Part shown: piece by piece, positions 1 to 9,417 of the stretch
Position numbering within the stretch: position 1 is the stretch's first letter
How the letters are laid out: each line of letters begins with the position of its first letter
DNA from: Candidatus Saccharimonadota bacterium
GTDB lineage: Bacteria; Bacteroidota; Bacteroidia; Cytophagales; Amoebophilaceae
Assembly (NCBI RefSeq): GCF_964030745.1
Contig: NZ_OZ034918.1
Location: forward strand, 180,001-212,000
Direction: 5' to 3'
DNA: 32,000 bases
Program-made: the position numbers and the translations under genes
Notes under the pieces: model-generated
What the model was told of the DNA's origin: nothing
Seen by the model: the letters and a program-made list of their open reading frames with translations, nothing else
The model's database searches: none

Positions 1-96
1 TTTCCATCTGTAAGCTGTGCTTTCTGCAACTTTTTGCATCAGGGCTTGATTTTTTGCTTACTTCTTTATCAAGAAAAAAGTAAAATACACATTCCT

Positions 97-972
97 TTAA
101 TTTATAAAATCATACCCCAATACAATGCCCAACCCATTGACACCTATCATCAATCCAGAACTGCCTCTAAACTCCACTCCAAAATCCCAAATCAAATCCC
201 AAATGTAGACCTGGTTAGGAAGTAGTTCGTTTTGCACCCTGTCAGGCTTAATATTAAAAATAGAATGATATATGTCGAATACTCCTCCCTGAGCTATATT
301 TTGTATATCCTGAACCGTAATACCACGTTCATCAGCAATAGCTTTTCCATTTTTGAGGGCGTCATAAAATATGTTTTTGATGATAGAGGTGTCAATATGA
401 ATAGGACAATGTTTTCTTCTATCTATACCAGCACATAACAATAGGAAGCGGGGGCCTCCATAGCATACCAACTTCCGGCTCTTTTCTGGATAGAATCGAA
501 TAAATAAAGGTAGACTGATGGCATGAAATGCTATACTGTCCAAACCAGTATGGGCTATATAACCTTCTTTTTTAGCCGATAAGCCATTAATAGCAGCTAT
601 CAAACGATGGCCAAAAGAGTATAAACCTGCATCCAATAACTTCTTGCGATCAACAGAAAAATCTATCGTAAAAAAGTAGTTATAACTATAGAGCAAGCCA
701 GTTTGCAGTGCTATTCCATTTAAAGGATGCCACTCTACAAGAGGTCCAATGGCCAGTTCACCACCAAGCGCCCAATGCTGCTCAATAACCTTTTTAGTCC
801 CTTTGACCCAACCTTTTATACCAATATGGAAACTAGATCGTCCATTTTTACCAAAAAAATTATTTTGCGCTGCTAAGTCGGTAGAAGGCTCTATAGCCAA
901 AACTGCATGATGACCTACCCACCCTATCCATAAGCCAACCAACAATGTAAACCTTTCTATTTTTTTTACCAT
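97..972 (-). CDS. Putative outer-membrane beta-barrel protein, tandem paralogue A (function inferred)
   Basis: Intact 291-aa ORF with a hydrophobic N-terminal signal-like segment. It is collinear with the adjacent 249-aa ORF in three blocks: GGELAIGPLVEWHPLNGIALQTGLLYSYN vs GGLEFALGPFIEWKPFDSLGIQTGVLYSYN; FHAISLPLFIRFYP vs FDAISIPLSIRFYP; GLMIGVNGLGIVLGYD vs GLIVGMNGFGLMLGYD. The Gly/aromatic-rich alternating pattern is compatible with a small OM barrel. Confidence 0.6.
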   Translation of the reverse strand: MVKKIERFTLLVGLWIGWVGHHAVLAIEPSTDLAAQNNFFGKNGRSSFHIGIKGWVKGTKKVIEQHWALGGELAIGPLVEWHPLNGIALQTGLLYSYNYFFTIDFSVDRKKLLDAGLYSFGHRLIAAINGLSAKKEGYIAHTGLDSIAFHAISLPLFIRFYPEKSRKLVCYGGPRFLLLCAGIDRRKHCPIHIDTSIIKNIFYDALKNGKAIADERGITVQDIQNIAQGGVFDIYHSIFNIKPDRVQNELLPNQVYIWDLIWDFGVEFRGSSGLMIGVNGLGIVLGYDFIN

Positions 973-1025
973 TCCAATTCAAATACCATGCATATGCTAT
1001 ATTCCATAAATATGTAAGTTATGGT

Positions 1026-1775
1026 TCATTTAAGCCAATGTCTGGTACAATCATAGCCTAACATAAGCCCGAATCCATTCATGCCTACTATAAGACCAAA
1101 CTTGGTACTATAATCAAATCCCAAATCCCAAGTTACATGAGACTTAATCTCAAGGTCATGAGCCAATTGTTTACTTGATTTGTCTTTAAAAAACTCCATT
1201 TCCTGGTTGATCCACTCAAATAACTTAGCTTTATGCCCATTATTACAAGAGATAAAACCATAGCAAATTTGTTTTGCTTTCAATACAGGAATGAGCAAAC
1301 GAGTCCCTATATATAACGCAAGTTGCTGACCACTGCCTGGATAGAACCGAATAGACAATGGAATACTAATAGCATCAAATTTAACCCGATCTATATCTAT
1401 AGTGTTGGATGCATTTTTTATACTTTTTTTAGGCTTACCAGACCAGCCACTGACTACGCGCATCTGCCAATTAAAACCGGCTGTAGCCAAATCGTTGTAA
1501 CTATAGAGTACACCAGTCTGAATGCCCAAGCTATCGAATGGTTTCCACTCTATAAATGGACCAAGGGCAAATTCTAAGCCTCCAGACAAACGGTCCATAA
1601 CCGTTTTGATAGGATGCTTGTGCCATAGTTTTACACCAATACGCCAAGGAAAATCTTCATGTATACCCGACTGTTTCTGGCCAACCTGATCTGCTGCAGC
1701 AAAAACTGGCACTTGGCTTGCCAACCCTACTGATAACGCAATAAGCCCTGTAATTTTTTGTATTGTCTTTTTCAT
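1026..1775 (-). CDS. Putative outer-membrane beta-barrel protein, tandem paralogue B
   Basis: 249-aa ORF with a clear signal peptide (MKKTIQKITGLIALSVGLASQVPVFAAA). It shares the conserved blocks listed for the 97..972 ORF. Confidence 0.65.
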   Translation of the reverse strand: MKKTIQKITGLIALSVGLASQVPVFAAADQVGQKQSGIHEDFPWRIGVKLWHKHPIKTVMDRLSGGLEFALGPFIEWKPFDSLGIQTGVLYSYNDLATAGFNWQMRVVSGWSGKPKKSIKNASNTIDIDRVKFDAISIPLSIRFYPGSGQQLALYIGTRLLIPVLKAKQICYGFISCNNGHKAKLFEWINQEMEFFKDKSSKQLAHDLEIKSHVTWDLGFDYSTKFGLIVGMNGFGLMLGYDCTRHWLK

Positions 1776-1854
1776 ATTAGTATGTACAAATGAACATTCT
1801 TGAACTGGTGTGATGCATATCTAAACCAAAAATCTGAAAATCAAAATATAAAAA

Positions 1855-4362
1855 TTATTCATTCCATAACGATACTTCTATAATCCTATACTTTGAAAGA
1901 CGGGTCCCCTTTGCTTTAATCGTTTTAATAGCGACTTTTTCCAAATCATACATAATAGATCGTTTATCGTTACCAGTAGGGTCTATACAATAATGGAGTT
2001 GTAATTTAGGTGTTGCAGAGGAGGTAACCAGTTTTAAAACACAAACATCTGATTCTGAAAGAAAGAGATTATAGCGTTTATCTAAAACCCGCACATCTAC
2101 CGCAAAGCGTTTTACAAAATAATTTTCCTGTATGGTATGGTAATAGACTACTGAAAGCAAATGGCAATCTCTTAATGGCTCTATAAGAGCAATCTGCTCA
2201 GGTATGGGTTGAAAGGTAAGTGGATAGGTAGTCACCAGATAATCTCCTTCTTTAAACACTACAAGTATTTTATCTGTTGGACCAAAAAGGCCGAGTAATT
2301 GTCCGCTTCCCTGGGGGGCTATTCGGCCTGTGGAGGGATCATACCAGAGCGCTACTTCAGCTGGTATAGAACGACTTTTCCCTTTTCGTTGCACCTTATA
2401 AATGGCATGTTTGGTTACCATATTACCTTTAGCAGCACGGCCTTTTATAGATAAATTAGCAAAGTTAAACTCAAATTTCTTTTTAGTGGTCCTGCTGATA
2501 GGAGAAAGCAAAATGGTAACGATATCTGCTGCTCCATTGGGATGGACACTTAGATAAACGACTCGAGAGCCTGGTGTGCCTAAGGTTACATCATAGGTTT
2601 TATCGCGTGTAATAGCCAATACTTGAAATCGTTTGGCAAAGGCAATTCCAGTAGCACCATCTACATAAATTAGGTTATAACAACGGCTGCTGTCTTTTTT
2701 GTCATAAACAGAGACATATATAATATCTTTTCCTACAAAAAGCTTATCGGCTATTTTAGTAATGACATATTTGCCATCTTTGCATATTGCGATGACATCA
2801 TCTATATCTGAGCAAGCCTCGACAAATTCTTCTCCTTTAAGGCCATAACCTATAAAACCTTGTTTACGGTTTACATACAGCTTGTATTGCTTAACCATTA
2901 CATCTTGAGCCTCAATAGGATCAAAACTGGTTAAAATAGTTTTTCTTTCCCGTCCTTTGCCATATTTTTCAAGCAAGCGGCTATACCAGGCTATGGTATA
3001 GTCCTTTAGATGTTGCAAATGATGCCTAGTAGTGGCTAAATCGGATTGAAGCTGGGTTAAGGTTTCCTCGGCACGCAGGCTATCATATTGTGAGATGCGT
3101 TTGATTTTAATCTCTGTTAAACGGACCAAATCTGCTTCTACAATAGGCCGACCTAAATCATAGGGCTCTAAATGGCTTGCTATGGTCATCAATACCTCCT
3201 CCCAGGTTGTAGACGACTCTATCTCCCTATAGATACGGTTTTCAATAAATATTTTCTCCAAACTGGCAAAAAATAACTTTTCTTTTAATGCTTGTTGTTC
3301 TAAAAGCAACTCTTGTTCAAGCAAATCAGTCGTACGGGCTACTGTATAGGCCAAAAGCTCATGAACCGTTACAAAAACCGGTTTTTCATCCTGAATGACA
3401 CAAGCATTAGGTGCATAGCTTACTTCACAATCTGTAAAAAGATAGAGCGCATCTATAACGGTTTCTGCCAGTTGACCAGGGAGTAAATGGACAAGAATCT
3501 CAATATTTTCTGCAGTGTTATCCACTACATTTTTAATTTTTATCTTCCCTTTTTCATGGGCTTTTAGAATAGAATCAATTAAACTCGTAGTAGTGGTTCC
3601 ATAAGGTATTTGGGTAATAGACAATGTTTGCTGATCCTGGATTTCTATACGGGCGCGCAGGCGAACCTTCCCCCCTCTTTTGCCTGCATGGTAGTGGGTG
3701 CAATCTGCCAATCCACCTGTGGGAAAGTCTGGAAACAAGCTAACCGGTTTGCCTTTCAGTAGATCTATAGCAGCTTCGACCAATTCTATAAAATTATGGG
3801 GCAGAATCTTAGTGGCCAACCCTACTGCAATGCCTTCTACACCTTGTGCAAGCAATAAAGGAAATTTAACAGGTAGGGTACGGGGCTCTTTTTTTCTGCC
3901 ATCGTAAGAGAGCTGCCAGGTTGTAATCTGTGGACTATACAAAATTTCCTTACCAAATGGAGCCAGACGGGCTTCTATATAACGGGCAGCAGCAGCACTG
4001 TCTCCGGTTCTTAGGTCTCCCCAATTCCCCTGGGTGTCTATTAGCAATTCTTTTTGTCCTATTGCTACAATGGCTTCTGTAATAGATGCATCTCCATGAG
4101 GATGGTATTGCATGGTCTGCCCTACAATATTGGCTACTTTGTTGTAACGGCCATCATCAATCAGCTGCATGGCATGAAGAATCCGACGCTGAACAGGCTT
4201 CAGGCCATCTTCTATAGCAGGCACAGCTCGCTCTAAAATTACATAAGAGGCATATTCCAAAAACCACTGCTCATACATTCCCTCCATAGGGAGCAGGTCA
4301 AGTGCAGCTGTTTTATGATCGGGGCTATTAGAACCGTTTGCATCGTCAGGTGTTTGGTGCAT
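1855..4362 (-). CDS. parC: DNA topoisomerase IV subunit A
   Basis: 835-aa ORF. The N-terminus WFLEYASYVILERAVPAIEDGLKPVQRRILHAM is the Bacteroidota ParC-type signature. QYHPHGDASI is present, as is the catalytic-Tyr context AAARYIEARL. No GyrA-box (QRRGGKG) is seen in the C-terminal domain. Confidence 0.9.
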   Translation of the reverse strand: MHQTPDDANGSNSPDHKTAALDLLPMEGMYEQWFLEYASYVILERAVPAIEDGLKPVQRRILHAMQLIDDGRYNKVANIVGQTMQYHPHGDASITEAIVAIGQKELLIDTQGNWGDLRTGDSAAAARYIEARLAPFGKEILYSPQITTWQLSYDGRKKEPRTLPVKFPLLLAQGVEGIAVGLATKILPHNFIELVEAAIDLLKGKPVSLFPDFPTGGLADCTHYHAGKRGGKVRLRARIEIQDQQTLSITQIPYGTTTTSLIDSILKAHEKGKIKIKNVVDNTAENIEILVHLLPGQLAETVIDALYLFTDCEVSYAPNACVIQDEKPVFVTVHELLAYTVARTTDLLEQELLLEQQALKEKLFFASLEKIFIENRIYREIESSTTWEEVLMTIASHLEPYDLGRPIVEADLVRLTEIKIKRISQYDSLRAEETLTQLQSDLATTRHHLQHLKDYTIAWYSRLLEKYGKGRERKTILTSFDPIEAQDVMVKQYKLYVNRKQGFIGYGLKGEEFVEACSDIDDVIAICKDGKYVITKIADKLFVGKDIIYVSVYDKKDSSRCYNLIYVDGATGIAFAKRFQVLAITRDKTYDVTLGTPGSRVVYLSVHPNGAADIVTILLSPISRTTKKKFEFNFANLSIKGRAAKGNMVTKHAIYKVQRKGKSRSIPAEVALWYDPSTGRIAPQGSGQLLGLFGPTDKILVVFKEGDYLVTTYPLTFQPIPEQIALIEPLRDCHLLSVVYYHTIQENYFVKRFAVDVRVLDKRYNLFLSESDVCVLKLVTSSATPKLQLHYCIDPTGNDKRSIMYDLEKVAIKTIKAKGTRLSKYRIIEVSLWNE

Positions 4363-4393
4363 AATTTTTAAGAAAGTAAACCTATTAACTTGA

Positions 4394-4924
4394 TTACCGA
4401 TCCTTAGACCTTTGTGCGGCTTCTATTAACAGTTCTACAGCCTTTTCCTTTCCTGCAAACCCCTGCACTTTAACCCATTTTGCCGCATCTAAATCCTTAT
4501 AGTGGCTAAAAAAATGTATGATACGCCCTTGCAACAGGCTACTTAATTGGTCAATATGCTCAACATGCGCAAATTCAGGGGCTACTTTTTTTAAGGGAAG
4601 TGCAATAATTTTTTCGTCAAAACCAGACTCATCTTCCATCAATAAGACGCCAATAGGTCTAGCTTTAACCACTGCACCAGATATAATAGGATAAGTAGTT
4701 ACCACCAACACATCTGTAGGGTCTCCATCTCCAGAAGCTGTATGGGGCACAAATCCATAGTTACAAGGATAGTACATAGCCGTTGGCATAAACCTATCTA
4801 CAAATAAAGTGCCAGAGGACTTATCCATTTCATATTTTACAGGGTCATGATGCATTGGAATTTCAATGATGACATGCAATTCATTTGGAAAATCATCTCC
4901 TAATGATATCTTTTCTATATTCAT
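4394..4924 (-). CDS. ppa: Inorganic pyrophosphatase (family I)
   Basis: 176 aa with family I motifs: VKYEMDKSSGTLFVDRFM, YPCNYGFVPHT and the metal-binding DGDPTDVLV. Confidence 0.93.
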   Translation of the reverse strand: MNIEKISLGDDFPNELHVIIEIPMHHDPVKYEMDKSSGTLFVDRFMPTAMYYPCNYGFVPHTASGDGDPTDVLVVTTYPIISGAVVKARPIGVLLMEDESGFDEKIIALPLKKVAPEFAHVEHIDQLSSLLQGRIIHFFSHYKDLDAAKWVKVQGFAGKEKAVELLIEAAQRSKDR

Positions 4925-5174
4925 TCCTTTTTATAATTTAAATAAACAATGTGTAGTTATACCTAATTTAGACCCAACCATCTAATAGGTTACATAGCAG
5001 CAATTAGCGTTTCCAAAGAAGGCTAGCTGTATAAATTACAAATTTTGCGTTAACTTCAGTACCAAAACTAGGCTTGCGTTGCGCTTTTGCAGAAGGTCTC
5101 TACTAAAATTAGTTTAAATAGGTTGTATAGAATAGTTGTATCTTTATTAAAGATAACGAAACCCCGCAACCTAT

Positions 5175-6038
5175 ATGACAGACAAAGCAATAGATATACC
5201 ACTACTTGGTGCCCATACCTCTACGCAAGGGGGACTCCACAACGCATTACACCATGGTACCACCATAGGGGCTACTACTATACAACTTTTTACCAGCAAT
5301 CAACGCCAATGGACCAGCAGGCTATTAAGCAAAGAAATGTTGGATGCATGGCACCATATGCTAGAGACAACCGCTATGCAACAGGTGATGAGCCATGCAA
5401 GTTATCTGATCAACCTTGGGTCAAACAAAGAAGCGTTATTGGCTAAAAGTCGGAGTGCTTTTGTGGAAGAAATCCAACGTTGTTTAGATTTAAAAATCAG
5501 TTATCTAAACTTTCATCCAGGAGCTGCAACAGGCGATAGTGCGGAAGCTTGTTTGGACCGCATTGTGCAAAGTTTATGGAGCCTTGAACCGCTTTTTCAA
5601 CAAGCAACGCCTTTACGTTTGTTACTAGAAACTACCGCAGGTCAAGGTTCTACAGTTGGCCATTCTTTTGAGCAGTTGGCCTATATTATTGAACGGGTCA
5701 AAGAGGTAGTCCCTATTGGTGTCTGTATAGATACTTGTCATATCTTTGCAGCAGGGTATGACATTCGCACACTGGATGGATGGGAAACTACATTGACTCA
5801 ATTTGAATCAACCATTGGCTTAAACCATCTCTATGCTTTGCATGTGAATGATTCAATGATGCCATTTGGGTCAAGAAAAGACCGGCATGCCAACTTGGGA
5901 GATGGAGCAATAGGCATGGCTTGTTTTCAAGCCATCATGCAGCATTCAAAACTTAGAACGATTCCTAAATATCTAGAAACACCTAATGGCGAAACGATGT
6001 GGGCCAAAGAAATCCAACAGCTAAAAGGTTTTTATTAG
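5175..6038 (+). CDS. nfo: Endonuclease IV (AP endonuclease)
   Basis: 287 aa. All classical metal-ligand contexts are present: SHASYLINL, NFHPG, LETTAGQGS, CIDTCHIFAAGYD, LHVNDS, DRHANLGDG, YLETP. Confidence 0.92.
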   Translation: MTDKAIDIPLLGAHTSTQGGLHNALHHGTTIGATTIQLFTSNQRQWTSRLLSKEMLDAWHHMLETTAMQQVMSHASYLINLGSNKEALLAKSRSAFVEEIQRCLDLKISYLNFHPGAATGDSAEACLDRIVQSLWSLEPLFQQATPLRLLLETTAGQGSTVGHSFEQLAYIIERVKEVVPIGVCIDTCHIFAAGYDIRTLDGWETTLTQFESTIGLNHLYALHVNDSMMPFGSRKDRHANLGDGAIGMACFQAIMQHSKLRTIPKYLETPNGETMWAKEIQQLKGFY

Positions 6039-6052
6039 CGCTGCATCATCCT

Positions 6053-6619
6053 TTATAGCCTCCACTCTATACCTATGGTTGCAAAACCCAAATGGATGCC
6101 ATGGCCCATAAAGATCTTATCTAGAAATAGGCAACACTTAGCATTAAGCGCTATTTTGGAAGAGATCAAATAATGGACATTGAATGCTGCAGCGTATAAA
6201 TAAATTAGCCCACAAGAGAGATGCCAGTGGCTACTAACCAAATAACCAAGCTGAAGAGAGGTCATAGGTAACAATAAGGCTAAGTTGTAAGGGATTACAA
6301 TAACTTTTAGTATACGGAAGTCTACCGGCTTATTTTTCATAAACATATCTGGTAAGAATAGGCCCCATAGCAGGCCAGCAGAAAATGTATACCGCGTAGA
6401 AAACCGCTTCTCCCACTTTATACCTGTAGTAGCCACCAAACCCATCCATCCATGATTTTTTGCTTCAGCTTTAGGTTTCCAGTTTACTCCTATACCAAGC
6501 GGTATGGCCCATATTCCTCTAGGCTCCCCCTTAGAAGTAGCTGTGCTCTTGAAGCCTATAAGGAGCATAATGAGGGGTATTATGCATAAAATTTTTGATA
6601 TGCTATTGATTTTCATCAA
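6053..6619 (-). CDS. Hypothetical exported/membrane protein, possibly a short diverged member of the 97..1775 family
   Basis: 188-aa ORF with an N-terminal signal-like segment, directly downstream of ruvA on the same strand. It loosely resembles the tandem paralogues: GIGVNWKPK vs RIGVKLWHKH; TTGIKWEKRF..SAGLLWG vs GPFIEWKPFD..QTGVLYS. The function is unknown. Confidence 0.5.
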   Translation of the reverse strand: MMKINSISKILCIIPLIMLLIGFKSTATSKGEPRGIWAIPLGIGVNWKPKAEAKNHGWMGLVATTGIKWEKRFSTRYTFSAGLLWGLFLPDMFMKNKPVDFRILKVIVIPYNLALLLPMTSLQLGYLVSSHWHLSCGLIYLYAAAFNVHYLISSKIALNAKCCLFLDKIFMGHGIHLGFATIGIEWRL

Positions 6620-6629
6620 ATTTAATTTG

Positions 6630-7232
6630 CTAGTTACTAGCAGAATGTGGCTGCAAGGCCTTTTTAATCAATGCTTCTAAGGTCAGGGGAGTGCATGCCT
6701 GTTCCCTTACAGTTGCAATCGCCTTTTCTGCGATTTTTTGGGTAAGCCCTAGTTGGATTAAAGCCATTATGGCATCTTGGTCTACTTTGTTGGCAGTTGG
6801 TTGTGATAGAACTGGATCCTGCATGTAATCCAATTTTTGCACTTTATCTGATAATTCGAGTATCAAGCGCTGCGCAGCTTTTGCGCCCACCCCTTTAATA
6901 GAGGTAAGCAAACGGGTATCCTTACTTAAAATAGCCTTATGTAAAACGCCAGGCGCTAAGGAAGATAAAATGGTCAAAGCAGTCTTTGGACCAATGCTAC
7001 TAACGGTAGTTAGATACAACCACCAGGACTTTTCCTCTGTCGTATAAAAACCATAAAGGGTAGGGGTTTCACCTTTTACTTGCATAATGGTCAACAAGGT
7101 ACAGCTATCCAAGGCTTTGATCTGATCAAAAGTATACAAGGAAATATGTAAGCCATACCCTACCCCCCCTACATCTACCATAATGTAAGTGGGCTCCTTA
7201 TGCAGTAATTTTCCTGTAAGTTGGGCAATCAT
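6630..7232 (-). CDS. ruvA: Holliday junction DNA helicase subunit RuvA
   Basis: Canonical N-terminus MIAQLTGKL...VDVGGVGYGLHISLYTF. HhH region IGPKTALTILS / IKGVGAKAAQRLILEL. Domain III DAIMALIQLGL. The start is placed at the internal Met (MIAQLTG) rather than the ORF-track start at 7268. Confidence 0.9.
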   Translation of the reverse strand: MIAQLTGKLLHKEPTYIMVDVGGVGYGLHISLYTFDQIKALDSCTLLTIMQVKGETPTLYGFYTTEEKSWWLYLTTVSSIGPKTALTILSSLAPGVLHKAILSKDTRLLTSIKGVGAKAAQRLILELSDKVQKLDYMQDPVLSQPTANKVDQDAIMALIQLGLTQKIAEKAIATVREQACTPLTLEALIKKALQPHSASN

Positions 7233-7341
7233 AGATCCAACACTATGCTGTTTTTGCCTGATAAGCAAACTATTTTGACCAAACCGATACCCCTAATATC
7301 CTATAAAGTTCTCCACCGTAAAATAGTTAGCCAACCAGGCC

Positions 7342-9114
7342 TTATTTTTTCTTTTTATTATTAGCCTCAATGGCAGCAGCAACCCTAGATTGAAAAGAAA
7401 GCTTACCATGCTGTTTGACCTTTTGCTGCCTAGCCATCAACTTTTCTTTAATGCTAGCTGCATCTACCCAGTAATTTATAAGCTTCTGCTGAAGAAAAGT
7501 CATAACATTAGAGATACAATAGTAAAAGCTTAACCCAGCAGGAAATGTGTTTAAAACAAACATAAAAGCAAAAGGCATGATATAGGATAAGCCCTTCATA
7601 GGACCCTCTTTTGGACCACTTTGGCTACTAGATCGCGTATATAAAATGGTTGAGAACACCATCAAGAGTGTAAACAAACTGACATGGTTACCATAGACAG
7701 GTATCGTACAGGGAAGGCGCATGACACTATCATAGGTAGATAAATCCTTTGCCCATAAAAAAGAGGCTTGCCGAAGTGCAATAGCATGAGGAAAGAAATG
7801 AAACATAGCCATCAGAATGGGCATTTGGAGTAAAATAGGCATGCAGCCACTCAATGGATTAATACCGAATTCTCTATAAAAGGCTACTTGCTCAATCTGA
7901 GCTTTTTGTAAGTTATCTTTATATTTCTCCTTTATCTTATCGAGTTCTGGCTTGAGAACCTGCATTTTAGCCATAGAAATACAAGACTTATAGGAAAGTG
8001 GCATCAAAAGCAATTTGATGATAATAACCAAGAAGAAGATGACCAGGCCATAATTAGAAAAATGCTTTTCCAAAAAATAAAAAAGTGGAATAATTACTCC
8101 CTGATTCACCCACTTGACTACCGGCCATCCCAAGGGTAAATTTTGCTCAAACCCTTTCGTAACCTTTTTAAGGATTTTATAATCATTGGGACCAAAGAAA
8201 AAAATGAACTGGCCATGGCCTTCTGTTTTATTTTTTTGAGATAGTGGCAGGGATAGCGCTACAGACTTCGTAACATCTGTTGATACCACTGGCTCCATGC
8301 GCAGCTCCCCTGCAGCAAAAGCATCTTGTGCAATAACGGCAGAAGAGAAAAAACGTTGTTTGATACTGACCCATTTGATAGGGGCTTCTATTTTCTTTTT
8401 TTCAGCTTCACTCGATGATTCTTTTAGTTTATCAAAGGTTTCATCTGATAAATAATAATGGACTGTACTTCTAGAAGCATCTGCTTTATCATCGGCCTCT
8501 AAGCTTCTCATATCCATATTCCAGCAGAAAGCTGCCTGCGTGGTTTTGTTGAGATAACTTTCCATCCCAACAGCATGCCAGCTATAGTCGATTTGGTAAC
8601 TATTTCCAGTAAACGAAAAAGATTGCTCCAAATATTGCGCTGGAGCCACCTCCATATGGAAAACTATTTTAACCTCCTCACCCTCTTTTAGTGTATATGT
8701 AGGGTTAGCCTGAGTGTGAAAATATAAATCCTTGGTCTCTATACGCATATTTTGATGCAGCAAAGAAAGCCCCATATTACTGCTCTGCTCATCCAGTAAG
8801 ACCAATTTTTTTCCATACTTGTCTTTGAACTTTTTAAGTACAACCTTTTTGATCATACCTCCCTTGGTGCCAAGGACTACTTTAAATAGTTCATTTTCAA
8901 CTACTATATCTTTGTCTTCTCCCTGAAACGCAGTAGTAAATGGACTAGGAACCAATGGGCTGGACCCAGCTAAAGAGGGGATTGTCTGATCAGTAGCATG
9001 GGCAGGTGGTGCAGTAAGTTGCTTCTCTAACTTAGGTTTAAACACATAAAAGTAAACCAGAAAACCTGCTGATATCAAAAACAACCGAGCAAATTTATTT
9101 TTATCTAAAACCAT
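7342..9114 (-). CDS. yidC: Membrane protein insertase YidC
   Basis: 590 aa with an N-terminal TM segment and a large periplasmic domain. The C-terminal 60-kDa insertase core includes YGLVIFFLVIIIKLLLMPL, KMQVLKPELDKIKEKYKD, NPLSGCMPILLQMPI and PAGLSFYY. Confidence 0.9.
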   Translation of the reverse strand: MVLDKNKFARLFLISAGFLVYFYVFKPKLEKQLTAPPAHATDQTIPSLAGSSPLVPSPFTTAFQGEDKDIVVENELFKVVLGTKGGMIKKVVLKKFKDKYGKKLVLLDEQSSNMGLSLLHQNMRIETKDLYFHTQANPTYTLKEGEEVKIVFHMEVAPAQYLEQSFSFTGNSYQIDYSWHAVGMESYLNKTTQAAFCWNMDMRSLEADDKADASRSTVHYYLSDETFDKLKESSSEAEKKKIEAPIKWVSIKQRFFSSAVIAQDAFAAGELRMEPVVSTDVTKSVALSLPLSQKNKTEGHGQFIFFFGPNDYKILKKVTKGFEQNLPLGWPVVKWVNQGVIIPLFYFLEKHFSNYGLVIFFLVIIIKLLLMPLSYKSCISMAKMQVLKPELDKIKEKYKDNLQKAQIEQVAFYREFGINPLSGCMPILLQMPILMAMFHFFPHAIALRQASFLWAKDLSTYDSVMRLPCTIPVYGNHVSLFTLLMVFSTILYTRSSSQSGPKEGPMKGLSYIMPFAFMFVLNTFPAGLSFYYCISNVMTFLQQKLINYWVDAASIKEKLMARQQKVKQHGKLSFQSRVAAAIEANNKKKK

Positions 9115-9417
9115 ATAGAGTAAAGAAAAATTTAGGCTAATCTCAAAAATGAAAGACTATACGGCATAGCTGAAAGCATAGCGCTGCTTCATAAAGATAG
9201 ATAAGAGCAAATATAATTATTATTTACAAGAATAGACCTCTTTTGAGAGCTATTTGTAATCAGCGAGCCATCTCTCCTACAAATTGCTCAGCGTAAGAGA
9301 TAGGATTATTTTTTTTAAATAAAATTTTTTACTTTATAAGAATGTTGCCTGAAAAACATAGATATTGCCAAACAAGTGTACTATTTAGTCGATAATGGGT
9401 AAACCAATTAAAGTATT

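Noticed and set aside
1-39. Possible start of a minus-strand gene running off the left edge (reverse complement reads ATG CAA AAA GTT GCA GAA ... = MQKVAESTAYRWK).
   Set aside because: Only 13 codons are visible, so there is no way to support coding status or identity.
34-438. ORF-track entries 34..225 (+) and 232..438 (+).
   Set aside because: They are antisense to or overlap the much longer paralogue-supported 97..972 ORF. They are low-complexity, with no recognisable motifs.
1855-4362. Alternative call as DNA gyrase subunit A.
   Set aside because: The N-terminal WFLEYASYVILERAVP signature and the absence of a GyrA box in the C-terminal domain favour ParC.
9115-9417. 303-bp yidC-rnhB divergent intergenic region, including ORF 9329..9514 (-), examined for an ncRNA, pseudogene or repeat-family member.
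   Set aside because: I found no convincing structure, no similarity to the repeat family, and no recognisable coding remnant. It is most simply a divergent promoter region.
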